64,000 nt of DNA from Bacteriovoracia bacterium (GCA_050246755.1 JBFWVL010000006.1:64001-128000); one strand, 5' to 3'; shown: positions 1-10,260, counted from the first letter of the stretch. Numbers and translations: made by a program. The notes: a model not told the origin generated them from the letters alone.

Positions 1-1410
1 CGCTTTGGGTTCCTTCGCGCGGGGATCGGTGAGCATAAAATCGTGCAGGCTTGCGCCGGCTAAAGTGGCGAGAGATTCGGGCAAAATTTTCGCTTTCCAG
101 GCGGATTTTGCCTGCATGGCAAAGGTAAGCAGCGCGATCGCCAGGAGGGCACCGGCAAGCTTTTTTCCCGGAAAACAATATAGCAAGAGCAGCGGCGCCA
201 ATGCCATAGCAAGCGAGGATAGCAAGAATAGGCGGGCACTCTCGAAGGCAATGGGGTTTCCGTTGAAGAAGGCCAAGGTAAGGGCTAAGGAAAAACTGGT
301 GGCGATCGCGAGGAAGCCGGCGAATGCGTTCTTTTTTCGCTGGTAAAGCGTGAGGAGGATCGCGGCCGCGGCCAGAAGGTTAAGGGTGCCTTGATAAACG
401 GAGGACGAGGGTAAAAAGAAGTTTTTCAGAAAGGTGATACCGTTTGTAAAAAAGTAAGAAGGATGAAAAACCGATTGATCCCCTGCTTCCACGAAAGATC
501 CGGAAGCATTGATCACCACGAGGAGCAGGGGAAGGAGTAGGGTGGGAACGGGGGCGAGGTAGTTTAGTAGTGTGCGGATCGGAAGATCGGCTTTCGCCGC
601 GCGCCACGCCGAAAAAGGAAGGAGAATGGCAAAAATTCCTATCACTTCGTACCTCGTGTAGGAGGCGATGAGGCCCATGAGGAGGAAGCTCGCGAAAGTT
701 CTCGTGGAGGGTTGGCGCCAGTGAGAGGCTGCCGCCCAAGCCAGGGCCAGAACGGCGCAGCTCGCGAGTAAGTCCATGGAGCCGGAAGTACCTTGCCAAA
801 AGAGCAGGGGCGCGCTCGATAGGAGCAGTAGGGAAGAAAAGGCTCCCGCGGCGCCGAGAGACGTAAAGACCAGGCAAAAAGTAGAATAGAGGAGGGTGGC
901 GAGGAGGACGGTGTTCACGCGAGGCGGGTTTGCTTCAGAGGCCCCGAAGGCGATGTGAGACAAACTCACCGCGAAGGGATAGAGCGGGGGGCGGCGGCCG
1001 AGGCGAAAAAAAATCGGCATCACCTCTCCCGGATTAGGGCCGGGCAGAGCCATCGCGGGCGTGAGGGCGGTTTGGCGAAAACGCATGGAAAGGGAAGTAT
1101 CGTAGAGCTCGGCTTCATCCCACTGCACACGCATTCCCGGTTCGAAAATTTGGTTGCTGAAGTAGGCGAGACCGATAGCGCAGAGAGCGCCGAGAAGATA
1201 GAGGGCCGCCGCTCGGGGAGATTCCGGAAAATTTTTGGGCGTCGTTAAAAATAGCCCCACGCAGGCAAGGGATAGAAGGGCCGCGATCCAATAGAGCGAC
1301 ATTCCTAAAAGTTCGAATTGAGTGTCGGGCGTGCAGCGTCGGAGGGCGCTCAGCAATACGAGCGGGGCGATAAGGCCCAGGAAAGGAATGACCCGGTGTT
1401 TCAGCGGCAT
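1..1410 (-). CDS. Polytopic membrane protein, GT-C (ArnT/PMT-like) glycosyltransferase-like; runs off the window start
   Basis: Not in the ORF track because it is open-ended. Hand translation from ATG 1410 (MPLKHRVIPFLGLIAPL...) is stop-free to position 1. Many hydrophobic segments, with WDEAEL and RRPPLYP motifs typical of the GT-C first periplasmic loop. Confidence 0.6.
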   Translation of the reverse strand, partial: MPLKHRVIPFLGLIAPLVLLSALRRCTPDTQFELLGMSLYWIAALLSLACVGLFLTTPKNFPESPRAAALYLLGALCAIGLAYFSNQIFEPGMRVQWDEAELYDTSLSMRFRQTALTPAMALPGPNPGEVMPIFFRLGRRPPLYPFAVSLSHIAFGASEANPPRVNTVLLATLLYSTFCLVFTSLGAAGAFSSLLLLSSAPLLFWQGTSGSMDLLASCAVLALAWAAASHWRQPSTRTFASFLLMGLIASYTRYEVIGIFAILLPFSAWRAAKADLPIRTLLNYLAPVPTLLLPLLLVVINASGSFVEAGDQSVFHPSYFFTNGITFLKNFFLPSSSVYQGTLNLLAAAAILLTLYQRKKNAFAGFLAIATSFSLALTLAFFNGNPIAFESARLFLLSSLAMALAPLLLLYCFPGKKLAGALLAIALLTFAMQAKSAWKAKILPESLATLAGASLHDFMLTDPRAKEPKA

Positions 1411-1415
1411 AGCTA

Positions 1416-1444
1416 ATCGTAAACGCGGTGCGGAAGCAAAGCAA
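1416..1444 (-). promoter_or_regulatory. sigma70-like promoter TTGCTT-N17-TACGAT, 5 nt upstream of ATG (leaderless-type)
   Basis: Read directly on the minus strand; no Shine-Dalgarno before ATG 1410. Confidence 0.5.
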
Positions 1445-1464
1445 AAAAACACGAAGTTTTATAT

Positions 1465-1480
1465 GCAACTAAATGGTTGC
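1465..1480. promoter_or_regulatory. Palindromic operator GCAAC-N6-GTTGC, probable binding site of the adjacent ArsR regulator
   Basis: gcaactaaatggttgc lies about 45 nt upstream of the SRPBCC-ArsR pair; ArsR proteins typically autoregulate through inverted repeats. Confidence 0.55.
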
Positions 1481-1523
1481 CTTTTGGAGATTTGGTGTTT
1501 ATCGTCGTTTTAAGAGGTGATTC

Positions 1524-1976
1524 ATGAATGATCGCATCGAGAAAAAAATTGAACTGAACGCTCCCGTCGCCCGCGTATGGTGCGCGCTCACGAACCATAT
1601 TGAGTTTGGCCAGTGGTTTCGGGTGCGGCTCGATCGCTCGTTCTCTCCGGGCCAGATCACCCGCGGGAATATCCTTTACCCGGGCTACGAACACTTAACG
1701 TGGGAGGTGAAGGTGTTAAAGATGGAGCGAGAAAAACTCTTTTCCTTTACCTGGCACCCCTATGCCGTGGATCCCAAGAAGGATTATTCCAAGGAGGAGC
1801 CTACCCTCGTGGAGTTTCACCTAGAGAAAAAGGGGGAAGGCACTTTGCTTACCGTAACGGAATCGGGATTTTCCAAAATTCCGCCGGAGCGAAGGGAAGA
1901 AGCGTTCCGCATGAACGAAGGCGGTTGGGCCGCGCAGGTGAAAAATGTGGAGCAGTACCTTGCGCAGAACTCGTAG
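1524..1976 (+). CDS. SRPBCC (AHSA1/START-like) family protein
   Basis: IEKKIELNAPVARVW..LT, FSFTWHP, TLVEF.L, GTLLTVTESGF, GGW motifs; RBS gaggtg. Confidence 0.9.
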   Translation: MNDRIEKKIELNAPVARVWCALTNHIEFGQWFRVRLDRSFSPGQITRGNILYPGYEHLTWEVKVLKMEREKLFSFTWHPYAVDPKKDYSKEEPTLVEFHLEKKGEGTLLTVTESGFSKIPPERREEAFRMNEGGWAAQVKNVEQYLAQNS

Positions 1977-2301
1977 TGGTGCGGCCCTTAAGCGTGACCC
2001 TTCCGGCTTGTTCGCGGCGCTCGGAGACTCGACTCGTCTTTCGCTCGTGGAGAAGTTGGCAGACGGAGAGAGCAAATCCATTTCGGAGCTCACCGAGGGA
2101 ACGAAGCTCACCCGGCAGGCCGTTACTAAGCACCTGCGCGTGCTGGAGGGCGCGGGGGTGGTGCATAGCGTGAAGGCAGGGAGGGAAAACCATTTCGAAT
2201 TCCGGCCGCAGCCGATTCTCGAGCTTTCCGCATACTTGGAAAAAGTCGCGGGCCAGTGGGATGAGGCCCTGCTGCGCCTCAAGGCGTTCGTAGAAAGTTA
2301 G
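1945..2301 (+). CDS. ArsR/SmtB family HTH transcriptional regulator
   Basis: FAALGDSTRLSLV...TRQAVTKHLRVLEGAGVV...GRE; start codon uncertain. Confidence 0.9.
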   Translation: MWSSTLRRTRSGAALKRDPSGLFAALGDSTRLSLVEKLADGESKSISELTEGTKLTRQAVTKHLRVLEGAGVVHSVKAGRENHFEFRPQPILELSAYLEKVAGQWDEALLRLKAFVES

Positions 2302-2575
2302 TTTTTTTCGCGCGGAAAATATGCGCTTGATAAAATTTGCCGGAAGGATCGAGGCGGGATTCCAGGCAGGCATCGTATTCTTGGTTGGCTTGCAGTGAAG
2401 CGAAAACCGGTGAAGCCGCGTCCACGCAAACGGTCTCTACGTTTTGTAGCACCAATCCAGAAGGGCAGCCCAATTCTGCTCGAATACTAACGCGTATTTC
2501 GGTGCCTTCTTCGCAAGCCGAGGCAGGAGCTTGAGTGGACAAAAGGCCGGCAAGAAGACAAATAAGGTATTTCAT
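2279..2575 (-). CDS. Small secreted hypothetical protein with four mature-region Cys
   Basis: Signal peptide MKYLICLLAGLLSTQAPASA; upstream TTGCGG-N17-TATACT promoter. Confidence 0.55.
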   Translation of the reverse strand: MKYLICLLAGLLSTQAPASACEEGTEIRVSIRAELGCPSGLVLQNVETVCVDAASPVFASLQANQEYDACLESRLDPSGKFYQAHIFRAKKTNFLRTP

Positions 2576-2675
2576 GAATGGGCGAGTATAGCGCTACGCG
2601 TTACGACCCGCAAGGACTCAGGGCAAAGTAACTTGTCTCTAACTATTTGATTTTACTGATAATTAATAACCGAGC

Positions 2676-3797
2676 CTAGTGTCGGATTCCCATATTGAAG
2701 TCTGCGTCCCGTTTCGGCCTCTGGTTGAGCCGTTTCTCTAGTGTTCGAGCTCTCCAGCGAAAGGGAGCCGCCAGCCAAGATTTTTCCACGAGGTTGCGGC
2801 TCTCGGCTCCGGTTTTGCGCTCGTGAGACTGCCCAACCGGCATGAGGCCAGCCAGTGCTTGCATGATCCGCGCGAAGGTTTCGGGAAAGATGGCCGCCAA
2901 AATATTCCGCGCCCTCGCCGGAACAGAGGGCGTTAAATCCGTGCGGCGTTCCCGGGCGGCTTCCACGATTTTTTTCGCGGCGCTCTCGGCGGAAAGAGAA
3001 ATTCCGGGAAATACGTCGGAAATGGCGAACCACGCGTATTCCTTTTCATGGTCTCCCTTGAATACGGCCTGAATCGGGGAGCCGGTACGCATCACCGTAG
3101 GATAGACCGTCGTTACCGAAATACCGTCGGCGGCGAGCTCCGCCATCAATCCCTGGGAGAATCCCGCCAAGGCAAACTTCGAGGCGTCGTAGGGCAGCAT
3201 ATGCGGCACGGCCACCTTTCCGCCCATGGAACAGATATTCACGATGCGTCTTCCTTCGCTTTGGTAGAGAGAGGGCAGTGCAAGCTGCACGGCTTCGATT
3301 ACGGCGTAGAGATGGAGACGCATCTGCGCTTCAAAATCTTCGGTTACCATGCTCTCGAAAGGCCCGACGCTGATGGCGCCCGCGTTATTGATCAACATAT
3401 CGATCCCGCCGTAGGTGGCCTCGATTTTATTGAAGGCCGTCAGCAGTGGGTCGGACTCTGTTACGTCGCAAGCGAGAATTAAAATTTCGGTGCCGGGGTA
3501 AGCATCCCGCACCATTTTAGCGGCCCGCTCGAGCTCTCCGAGATCGCGTGCGATCAGGGTAAGGCGCGCACCTTCGCTCGCGAGCTGTTTGGCCAGAGCG
3601 AGGCCCAGGCCGCGGGATCCGCCGGTGATCACCACCGATTGCCGGTAGAAAGAATCCTTGTTTTTGGCGCCGCCAAAATAAACGGCGCCGGCCGAGCAGG
3701 CCAAGCCGGCGGCGAGTTTTTTTCGCCCCAGCAGCGCCGCGAACGTGGCGCCGATTCCCAATGCTAAACTTAGTTCATTTCTCATCGCCTTATTCAT
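2676..3797 (-). CDS. SDR family oxidoreductase with N-terminal membrane anchor
   Basis: TGGSRGLG, INNAG and catalytic YDASK; probable start ATG 3797. Confidence 0.9.
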   Translation of the reverse strand: MNKAMRNELSLALGIGATFAALLGRKKLAAGLACSAGAVYFGGAKNKDSFYRQSVVITGGSRGLGLALAKQLASEGARLTLIARDLGELERAAKMVRDAYPGTEILILACDVTESDPLLTAFNKIEATYGGIDMLINNAGAISVGPFESMVTEDFEAQMRLHLYAVIEAVQLALPSLYQSEGRRIVNICSMGGKVAVPHMLPYDASKFALAGFSQGLMAELAADGISVTTVYPTVMRTGSPIQAVFKGDHEKEYAWFAISDVFPGISLSAESAAKKIVEAARERRTDLTPSVPARARNILAAIFPETFARIMQALAGLMPVGQSHERKTGAESRNLVEKSWLAAPFRWRARTLEKRLNQRPKRDADFNMGIRH

Positions 3798-3836
3798 GGA
3801 AAATCTCCCCGGGTTTATGTGCCGCAAATGGGAGTA

Positions 3837-3851
3837 GCAAGAAGAGGCCCG
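3837..3851 (-). promoter_or_regulatory. Putative sigma54 -24/-12 promoter (CGGGCCTCTTCTTGC)
   Basis: GG-N10-GC spacing with TTGC, 40 nt upstream of the SDR start. Confidence 0.45.
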
Positions 3852-3980
3852 AATTGGAGAAGTGCGGCGAATTAACCTATTTTATTGGGACTGCCGGCAC
3901 AACCAAAGCTCAACGCGCGTTTCACGGTCTGGCTTTGCTCGAGATGGATAGGATAGAAGCAGCAATGCCGAAGGCGCCGG

Positions 3981-5810
3981 CTAAAATTTTGGCGCGCGAG
4001 CCCATTTTTTATTCTTACCCGCCGCAGGTGGCTTCGCGTCTTGGTAGTCCAGGGCCGCGAAAAGCATTTCCTGGTTATCGGGATCTGGGCCTTGGGACAC
4101 CGCCACGTTTGTGTCTATTTTATTCGGGTTGGTATCCGAGTTATCGTACACACCGGTAAGGCGCAATGTAGTTCCTGCTTTGATACGCACGAAAGGCTTG
4201 AGGATATAGGATTTATTCGAATTGTAGACGAACTTAGGAATCGAAAAAACTCTTGTTTCTTCGCCATCTGGATTGATTGCCGATAAGGTAATTTTCTGCC
4301 CGCGTTTATGCATGTGGAGCATCACGCGAACTAATTCGATATCGCGGGTGACTTTCTTTTCTTGGTGTAGCGTGAAGTTTTTCGCGCCAGGAGGAATAGT
4401 GAACCCGTTCTCGAAGATAAATAAGTGCTTTACCTCGGTTAAATTACGAGGGTCTCCCAGTTGTAGCTTGATCTTGGTCGTAATTTCCGAGTCTTTTCCG
4501 CTCGGGAGGAGGTGCTGCTCCATGTAGATGAAATGTCCCTTGGGTATTTTAAAGGCTGACCCAAGGGGAAGGTATTCCGGTTGGTAGCTGTTGGGACGTA
4601 AATAAATTACCGAGGAATCGTCTCCCTCGCCGACCTCCATATTAGCGAGACCATTTCCCGAAAGATCCTGATTTTTCTTCGTTACGATGAGCTTTAGGTG
4701 ATGGATGAATGCCGTATTGCTGAACTCTCGCTCGTGGGCAGTGATCCAGAGGTCTTTCGGGGCCACGCCGAGAAATGAACGCACATAGGGGCCTTGGCCG
4801 GGCCGCGGAGATTTTACGGTGATTGGTCCGAGCACGTAGTCGGTGCGGATGGGAGGCAGGATCGTGTACTTGAGTGGGGGAAGCACGCGGCCTTTGCCTT
4901 CTTGCGCCCCAGAGTCGACCCATTTCACCAAAATTCCTTTTTCCTCGGTAGTGAGGGAGGAGTCGTAGAGAAAGCCGGCAAAATAGGGATCGGGGTGTTC
5001 CAGGGGCATGCGGTGGTTGCGGATCACTTCGCGGATCATGGCGGCCCAGCCCCGCGCGTCCTTGAAGGTGCCTAAATTTTGCGGCGGGCTCCCGCCAGGG
5101 CGGTGGCAGTTCAGGCACTTGGCCTGGAGGATGGGCGCCACGTGATCGTAGTAGGTAATGGTTTTGGGCCAGCCTAGCCGTGAAATCGCGCAGCCCATGG
5201 TCTCGGTTTTGGCTTGGCGGATATTTCTATTAGCCAAAAAATCATCGAGGGCATTTCCCAAATATTCATGCTTAGCGGCGAGCTTGGTATCGGTATAGCT
5301 CATCCGATCGTCGATCGCGCCGCGGTAGACGATTTGCCAATTTTTAGTTTCTACGATCACGGCTTCGGCCGTGCGATCAAAATTTAGAGCGTCCGCTACG
5401 ATCTGGCTTTGGTCGAGGAGGATGGGAAGTTTAATCCCAAATTCTTTAGCGTGCTTTACGATATCGGCGCGTTCATCCTGCACGTTGCTGTTCACGAGCA
5501 CGAACTGGATTTTTTTATCTTGGTATTTTTCGGCTAGGGATTGAACTTTCGGCAAGCTTTTCTCAACGATGGGGCACCCGATTCCGGTTGAGATGAAAAC
5601 GATGGCCTTGGATTCGGCAAGTTTTGCGCCCCGGTAGAGCTCGAACATATCTCCGTGGTGATCGAGAAGCGAAAAATCTTCCAGGGGCTTGGGATGAACG
5701 GAACTAAGAGAGCCTCGATGGCTGGCAAAAAAGAAAGCGGCGGCAAGGCCGGCGCTAAGAAATAGGATCGCCGAGGCGCCAATGACTTTATTTCTGAAGT
5801 GCGAGGTCAC
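3981..5810 (-). CDS. Redoxin + monoheme cytochrome c + copper type II monooxygenase-like (PHM-like) multidomain protein
   Basis: N-terminal anchor; AhpC/TSA-like domain (GCPIV, YRGAIDD, MGCAI); CLNCH; IHHL, HMH and QEM copper-ligand-like motifs. Confidence 0.75.
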   Translation of the reverse strand: MTSHFRNKVIGASAILFLSAGLAAAFFFASHRGSLSSVHPKPLEDFSLLDHHGDMFELYRGAKLAESKAIVFISTGIGCPIVEKSLPKVQSLAEKYQDKKIQFVLVNSNVQDERADIVKHAKEFGIKLPILLDQSQIVADALNFDRTAEAVIVETKNWQIVYRGAIDDRMSYTDTKLAAKHEYLGNALDDFLANRNIRQAKTETMGCAISRLGWPKTITYYDHVAPILQAKCLNCHRPGGSPPQNLGTFKDARGWAAMIREVIRNHRMPLEHPDPYFAGFLYDSSLTTEEKGILVKWVDSGAQEGKGRVLPPLKYTILPPIRTDYVLGPITVKSPRPGQGPYVRSFLGVAPKDLWITAHEREFSNTAFIHHLKLIVTKKNQDLSGNGLANMEVGEGDDSSVIYLRPNSYQPEYLPLGSAFKIPKGHFIYMEQHLLPSGKDSEITTKIKLQLGDPRNLTEVKHLFIFENGFTIPPGAKNFTLHQEKKVTRDIELVRVMLHMHKRGQKITLSAINPDGEETRVFSIPKFVYNSNKSYILKPFVRIKAGTTLRLTGVYDNSDTNPNKIDTNVAVSQGPDPDNQEMLFAALDYQDAKPPAAGKNKKWARAPKF

Positions 5811-5855
5811 CTTAGATTTTTACCAGAAGAGCTGGATTAGCGGTGCAAATTCCGC

Positions 5856-7232
5856 TTAAGAAAACGTCATTTTCGCAATGGCCGATTTGCGGAATCGGAA
5901 AATGGTTCGTACGTCATTTTTCACCAGTAAAGCGTGCCCCAAATCGCCAAGCACGCCGAAAGGGAGCTGGTAGACGACACGGTCGGTCATGAGCGTTCCG
6001 CCGGCAACTTTTTCAAAGCGGTGGGTATGGTGCCAGTCCCGGTAAGGGCCTTTTAATTGGCGGTCTACGAAATATTCTTGGGGTTGCCATTTTTCGATTC
6101 TCGTACGCCAGCGCACGGGCAATCCCTTGATCAGAAGCTTATAGTCGATAAGCGAGCCTTCCTCGATCGCGGCGGTGGACATTTTCTGAATGCGGAAGCG
6201 GAGCCAAGGGGGCGTGATCGTCTCGAGATTTTTCGCCGCGGCAAAGAAGGGGAAAACTTTTTCTCGTTCCTGGGGAAGCCAAATGGCGGCTTCGAATACG
6301 TACCCGCCTATTTTCCCAAGCGGCGCCAGAATATCGGCGAGGGCCGCGGGCAGGGCGGGAAAGCGAAATGTAAATCCAAGTTTTTGGGCGGCGTCGGGCA
6401 GGGCGCGCTGCGATCCCAGGACCACTACTCCCATTTCACCCAGCGCGAGTTTGAGGACGAAGGCGGGCACTGGAAATAGGGCGGGCCGATGCAGGATTTT
6501 CGCCAAAACTTTCGTGAGCTCGGAATTCGTGACGGGATTTGGCGCCACCGCATTCAGTGGTCCCCGCACTTTTTCATTTTCCAGCGCAAAGACATAAAGT
6601 TGCACGAGGTCCTCGAGATGAATCCAGCTAATCCATTGGCGCCCGCTGCCGATCTTTCCGCCAACACCGAAGCGGAAGGGCGGCAGCATTTTCTCCAAAG
6701 CACCGCCGTTCAGGCCCCAAACCACCCCGGTGCGTAGAATCACGATGCGCTCCGCGGAGCAGGCGTACGCTTTCTCCCAATCGAGGCAAACAGTGGCGAG
6801 GAAATCGGTTCCCGGCTGGCTGCTTTCCGTAAGCAGCTCGTCGTTGCGGTCTCCGTAATAGCCGGTGGCGGAGGCGCCTAGCAGAACTTTAGGTTTTACT
6901 TTCGTGCGGTCGATGGCTTCGGCGAGGCGGGCCGTGCTTACGCTGCGGGAATCGTGGATGGCTTGCTTAGTGGCCTCATCCCAGCGGTGGGCCGCCACCG
7001 ATTCTCCGGCCAAATGAATCACCGCGTGCGCGCCCTCCATGATTTCGTCGGGGAGCGGGCTCGCGCCGTCCCACTTTACGAATTGGTAAGGAAGCGCGAT
7101 TTTTTCCGACCCGCGTTTCGGATCGCGGGTAAGCAGGGTGAGGGAATATCCTAAGCGGAAGAGCTCAAGGCAGAGTTTTTCGCCCACGAAGCCAGTGCCG
7201 CCGGTGACCACGATTCTTTTCATACGTTTCAC
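5856..7232 (-). CDS. TIGR01777 (YfcH-like) NAD-dependent epimerase fused to a C-terminal SRPBCC domain
   Basis: TGGTGFVG, HLAGE, SATGYYG, GSGRQWISWIH; C-terminal NLETITPPWLRF...FVDRQLKGPY..WHHTH. Confidence 0.9.
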   Translation of the reverse strand: MKRMKRIVVTGGTGFVGEKLCLELFRLGYSLTLLTRDPKRGSEKIALPYQFVKWDGASPLPDEIMEGAHAVIHLAGESVAAHRWDEATKQAIHDSRSVSTARLAEAIDRTKVKPKVLLGASATGYYGDRNDELLTESSQPGTDFLATVCLDWEKAYACSAERIVILRTGVVWGLNGGALEKMLPPFRFGVGGKIGSGRQWISWIHLEDLVQLYVFALENEKVRGPLNAVAPNPVTNSELTKVLAKILHRPALFPVPAFVLKLALGEMGVVVLGSQRALPDAAQKLGFTFRFPALPAALADILAPLGKIGGYVFEAAIWLPQEREKVFPFFAAAKNLETITPPWLRFRIQKMSTAAIEEGSLIDYKLLIKGLPVRWRTRIEKWQPQEYFVDRQLKGPYRDWHHTHRFEKVAGGTLMTDRVVYQLPFGVLGDLGHALLVKNDVRTIFRFRKSAIAKMTFS

Positions 7233-7246
7233 TCTATCCTAAAAGC

Positions 7247-9733
7247 CTAGTAAGTGCGCGGCCGGCCTTTTGCCTGTGGCGCCGCGGTTAGGGGATCGTC
7301 CGGCCAGCTGTGTTTGGGATAACGTGCCCGCATCTCTTTGCGCACCTCGGGATAGCCATTCTTCCAGAAGCTCGCTAGATCGCGCGTTACCTGTACGGGC
7401 CGATAGTTGGGCGCGAGCAGTACCAGCGTCAGCGGCTGGCCGCCTACCAAGGGTGCCGCTTTTAGGCCAAAAAGCTCTTGGAGCCGCACTTCCAGCTGGG
7501 GGCCCTGTTCTTCGGAATATTTGATGGGCAGGCGGTTGCCGGTGGGGACCACGAGGTGGGAGGGACACTCTCTCGCCAAGGCTTCTTTCTGCGCCTCAGG
7601 CAAAAGGTTCTCAAAAAATGGCACTAACTCTTTTGCGGAAACGCCCGCGAGCGAGCTTTCTCCGTAACTGGCTTGTTCGAGGGCTTCCCGAATTTGCTCT
7701 TCGCTCGGTAAGGCCCATTTCGCATCCATTCTATTCAAGTAACGCAGCCGTGAAAACCAAAGCGCGAGAGTTTCGTTGGCGGCGAGCAGACGGTCCCAGC
7801 GGGTAAAAAGCACGCCCCCGAGCTGTCCTTCGATCTCGGGAGCATTGGCCGGGCGCCGGTGTTCCCCCGCGATGGATAAACCATTCCATTCCTTGGTTTC
7901 TGTAACCCAAAAACGCTGCTTCTCTTCGTCCCATTCAAGGTGAGAAGTGGGGGTGGCAAGCGGCAATATTTTTTCTTGGATCAAAGATTCGGGAATGCCG
8001 ACCGCCTGGAACACGAGGGTCTCCGCGGCGTCGCGTCCTTCGGAGAGATCGATCGCGACGAAAAACTCGGACGATTTTACCGTAGAGTCAGGATGGATTT
8101 TGACTCCACGGCCCCCGGCCATTTTTGCTTGGGCCTCGTGGGCGCGGCGGCGGCGGCAGAGGCGGTCGGTATAGGCTTCGAGCATGAGCGCGGGCATTTC
8201 GTGCTCGAGGTCTGCTCTCGATTTTGGGGTTTCACTGGGGTCCCTCAATAGTGTGCGTAGCTGCTCGGCGGAACGAGCCACGTTTCGGTTTCGCGGATTT
8301 GAGGGATTGCGTTTCCAGTCTTCCCAGCGCAGCCAAAGGTCGTTCTCGGCGTCTTGGTAGGAATCCGGCAGGCGCCCGCTTGGCTCGGAAAGCAAAGCGG
8401 CGAGGTCCGCGGCGAAACCGCCCATGCCGCGATTTTTTCCGAGGAGCAATAGCTTGGCGAGCCGGGGATGCACGGGCAGTTCGCGGAGAGCCTGGCCAAT
8501 TTCCGTGAGCGTGCCGTTCGGATTTACCGCGCCGATCGACTGCAAAAACTGTTTGGCCTGCTCGAGCGAGCGGGCGGGCGGAGGTTCGAACCAACTGAAG
8601 CTCTCGAAGTTCGTCACGCCGAGGGCGGAGAGAAGGAGCAGGCTTTCGGAAAGATCCGTGCGGAATACTTCGGCGGGCTCAAAATCCTTCATGGATAGTT
8701 CGTCGTAGGGCATCCAGGCGCGGTAAACTGTTCCGGGCCCCAGCCGCGCGGCGCGGCCGGCCCTCTGGGTAGCCGAAGCCTTGGAGGCGCGCACTAGGTC
8801 CAGCGACTCAAATCCCGTGCGGGGATGGAGCTGAGAAATTCTGGCGAGTCCGCAGTCCACCACGATGCGCACTCCCTGCACCGTAAGCGAGCTTTCAGCC
8901 ACGTTGGTGGCTAAGATAACTTTACGCGTACCGGGAATGGTTTGCAGCGCCGCTTTTTGTTCCTGCAGATCGAGACTGCCGTGGAGAGTGAAGAGCGCCA
9001 CGCCCTTCGCGCCGGCCCAATCGCCGAGCTCGCCGCGCAGCCTTTCGATCTCTCCTCGCCCTGGCAGGAAGCAGAGTAAATCGCCCTCGCGGTTTTCGGC
9101 CATGGCCTTTTGCACCAGCTTGCGCATTCGCTCGGTGAAATCGGGGCCGGTGCGGATGAGCTGGGATTTCTCGTCGTAGCGAACTTCCAGGGGAAATAGC
9201 TGCCCCGGTACCTCGGCCACGGCCGCGTGTTCCAGGTAGTTCGCGAGCGGCGCGGCATTCAGCGTGGCGGACATCACCACGATCTTGAGATCGGGGCGAG
9301 AGAGTTCCTGGAGTTCTTTCAGTGCCGCGAGCGCGAGATCCACGTGCAGGCTGCGTTCGTGAAATTCGTCCAGTACCACGCAACCCACTTCCGAGAGCTC
9401 TGGGTCCTGGAGAAGTTTCCGCATCAAGAGGGCTTCGGTGAGGAATAATAAGCGTGTTTCGCGGGAGCTTTTATTGTCGAAGCGCACTTGGTAGCCCACT
9501 TCTTTGCCGAGCTTCCAGCCATTTTCTTCGGCGATGCGCTGGCTGGCGGCGATGGCGGCGATGCGGCGGGGCTCGAGCACCCAGACGGATTTATGCGTGA
9601 GCTTGAGGAGCTCCGGTGGAAGACGGGTGGTTTTTCCGGCTCCGGGCGCGGCGCTGAGCACGAGAGATTTTTTCTTCGCGAGCATCTCGAGAATCCCGGG
9701 AATCTCAGCATCGATCGGCAGGGCCGTTTTCAT
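7247..9733 (-). CDS. hrpB: ATP-dependent RNA helicase HrpB
   Basis: GAGKTT, DEFH, MSAT, ATNVAESSLT, QRAGRAAR; C-terminal LLAPNYRPVQVT.DL.SFW...RYPKHSWP. Confidence 0.95.
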   Translation of the reverse strand: MKTALPIDAEIPGILEMLAKKKSLVLSAAPGAGKTTRLPPELLKLTHKSVWVLEPRRIAAIAASQRIAEENGWKLGKEVGYQVRFDNKSSRETRLLFLTEALLMRKLLQDPELSEVGCVVLDEFHERSLHVDLALAALKELQELSRPDLKIVVMSATLNAAPLANYLEHAAVAEVPGQLFPLEVRYDEKSQLIRTGPDFTERMRKLVQKAMAENREGDLLCFLPGRGEIERLRGELGDWAGAKGVALFTLHGSLDLQEQKAALQTIPGTRKVILATNVAESSLTVQGVRIVVDCGLARISQLHPRTGFESLDLVRASKASATQRAGRAARLGPGTVYRAWMPYDELSMKDFEPAEVFRTDLSESLLLLSALGVTNFESFSWFEPPPARSLEQAKQFLQSIGAVNPNGTLTEIGQALRELPVHPRLAKLLLLGKNRGMGGFAADLAALLSEPSGRLPDSYQDAENDLWLRWEDWKRNPSNPRNRNVARSAEQLRTLLRDPSETPKSRADLEHEMPALMLEAYTDRLCRRRRAHEAQAKMAGGRGVKIHPDSTVKSSEFFVAIDLSEGRDAAETLVFQAVGIPESLIQEKILPLATPTSHLEWDEEKQRFWVTETKEWNGLSIAGEHRRPANAPEIEGQLGGVLFTRWDRLLAANETLALWFSRLRYLNRMDAKWALPSEEQIREALEQASYGESSLAGVSAKELVPFFENLLPEAQKEALARECPSHLVVPTGNRLPIKYSEEQGPQLEVRLQELFGLKAAPLVGGQPLTLVLLAPNYRPVQVTRDLASFWKNGYPEVRKEMRARYPKHSWPDDPLTAAPQAKGRPRTY

Positions 9734-9741
9734 GGATCTCC

Positions 9742-10260
9742 CTAGCGGTACCCGAGAAGAAAACGAACCACCGCGCCAGAGCCATCGCGTTCCGCGGCGA
9801 TCACGAAGCGGCCATTGGCCGAGCGGAAAATTTCTCCGGAAGGCATGGAAACAAACGTTTGGGCCATACGGGAGGCCTCGGCGGAGTCGGTGAGATCGTA
9901 CGTCACCGTTTTATTGGGAAGATCGATCATCATGGCGGCGGCGGCATGAAGCACCACCGTGCAGGTCCCGCTGCCATGAACGATTTTAGAGAAAACGCAG
10001 ACGACGCTGAAGGCCTTTACGCCCTGTTTATCCACGAAGGCCGCTTTTTTGGTCCACTTTCCCTGTTCGTCTTGCTGGCCTACGGCCAAGATTTCAAAAA
10101 GCCTCTGGGTATCAGAGTCGCCGCCACCGATGCCCGAGAGCATGAGGGTGGCTTGGTTGCCTTCGCGGTTAAAGATTGGGTAGATCCCGGCCTCGGCGGC
10201 GAGGGACGCGAACACGGCGCAGAAAATGAGGAGCAAATTAGCCATATAATTTCGTAACAT
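9742..10260 (-). CDS. Secreted hypothetical protein
   Basis: Signal peptide ending ASLAAEA; one Cys pair; directly upstream of hrpB. Confidence 0.6.
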   Translation of the reverse strand: MLRNYMANLLLIFCAVFASLAAEAGIYPIFNREGNQATLMLSGIGGGDSDTQRLFEILAVGQQDEQGKWTKKAAFVDKQGVKAFSVVCVFSKIVHGSGTCTVVLHAAAAMMIDLPNKTVTYDLTDSAEASRMAQTFVSMPSGEIFRSANGRFVIAAERDGSGAVVRFLLGYR

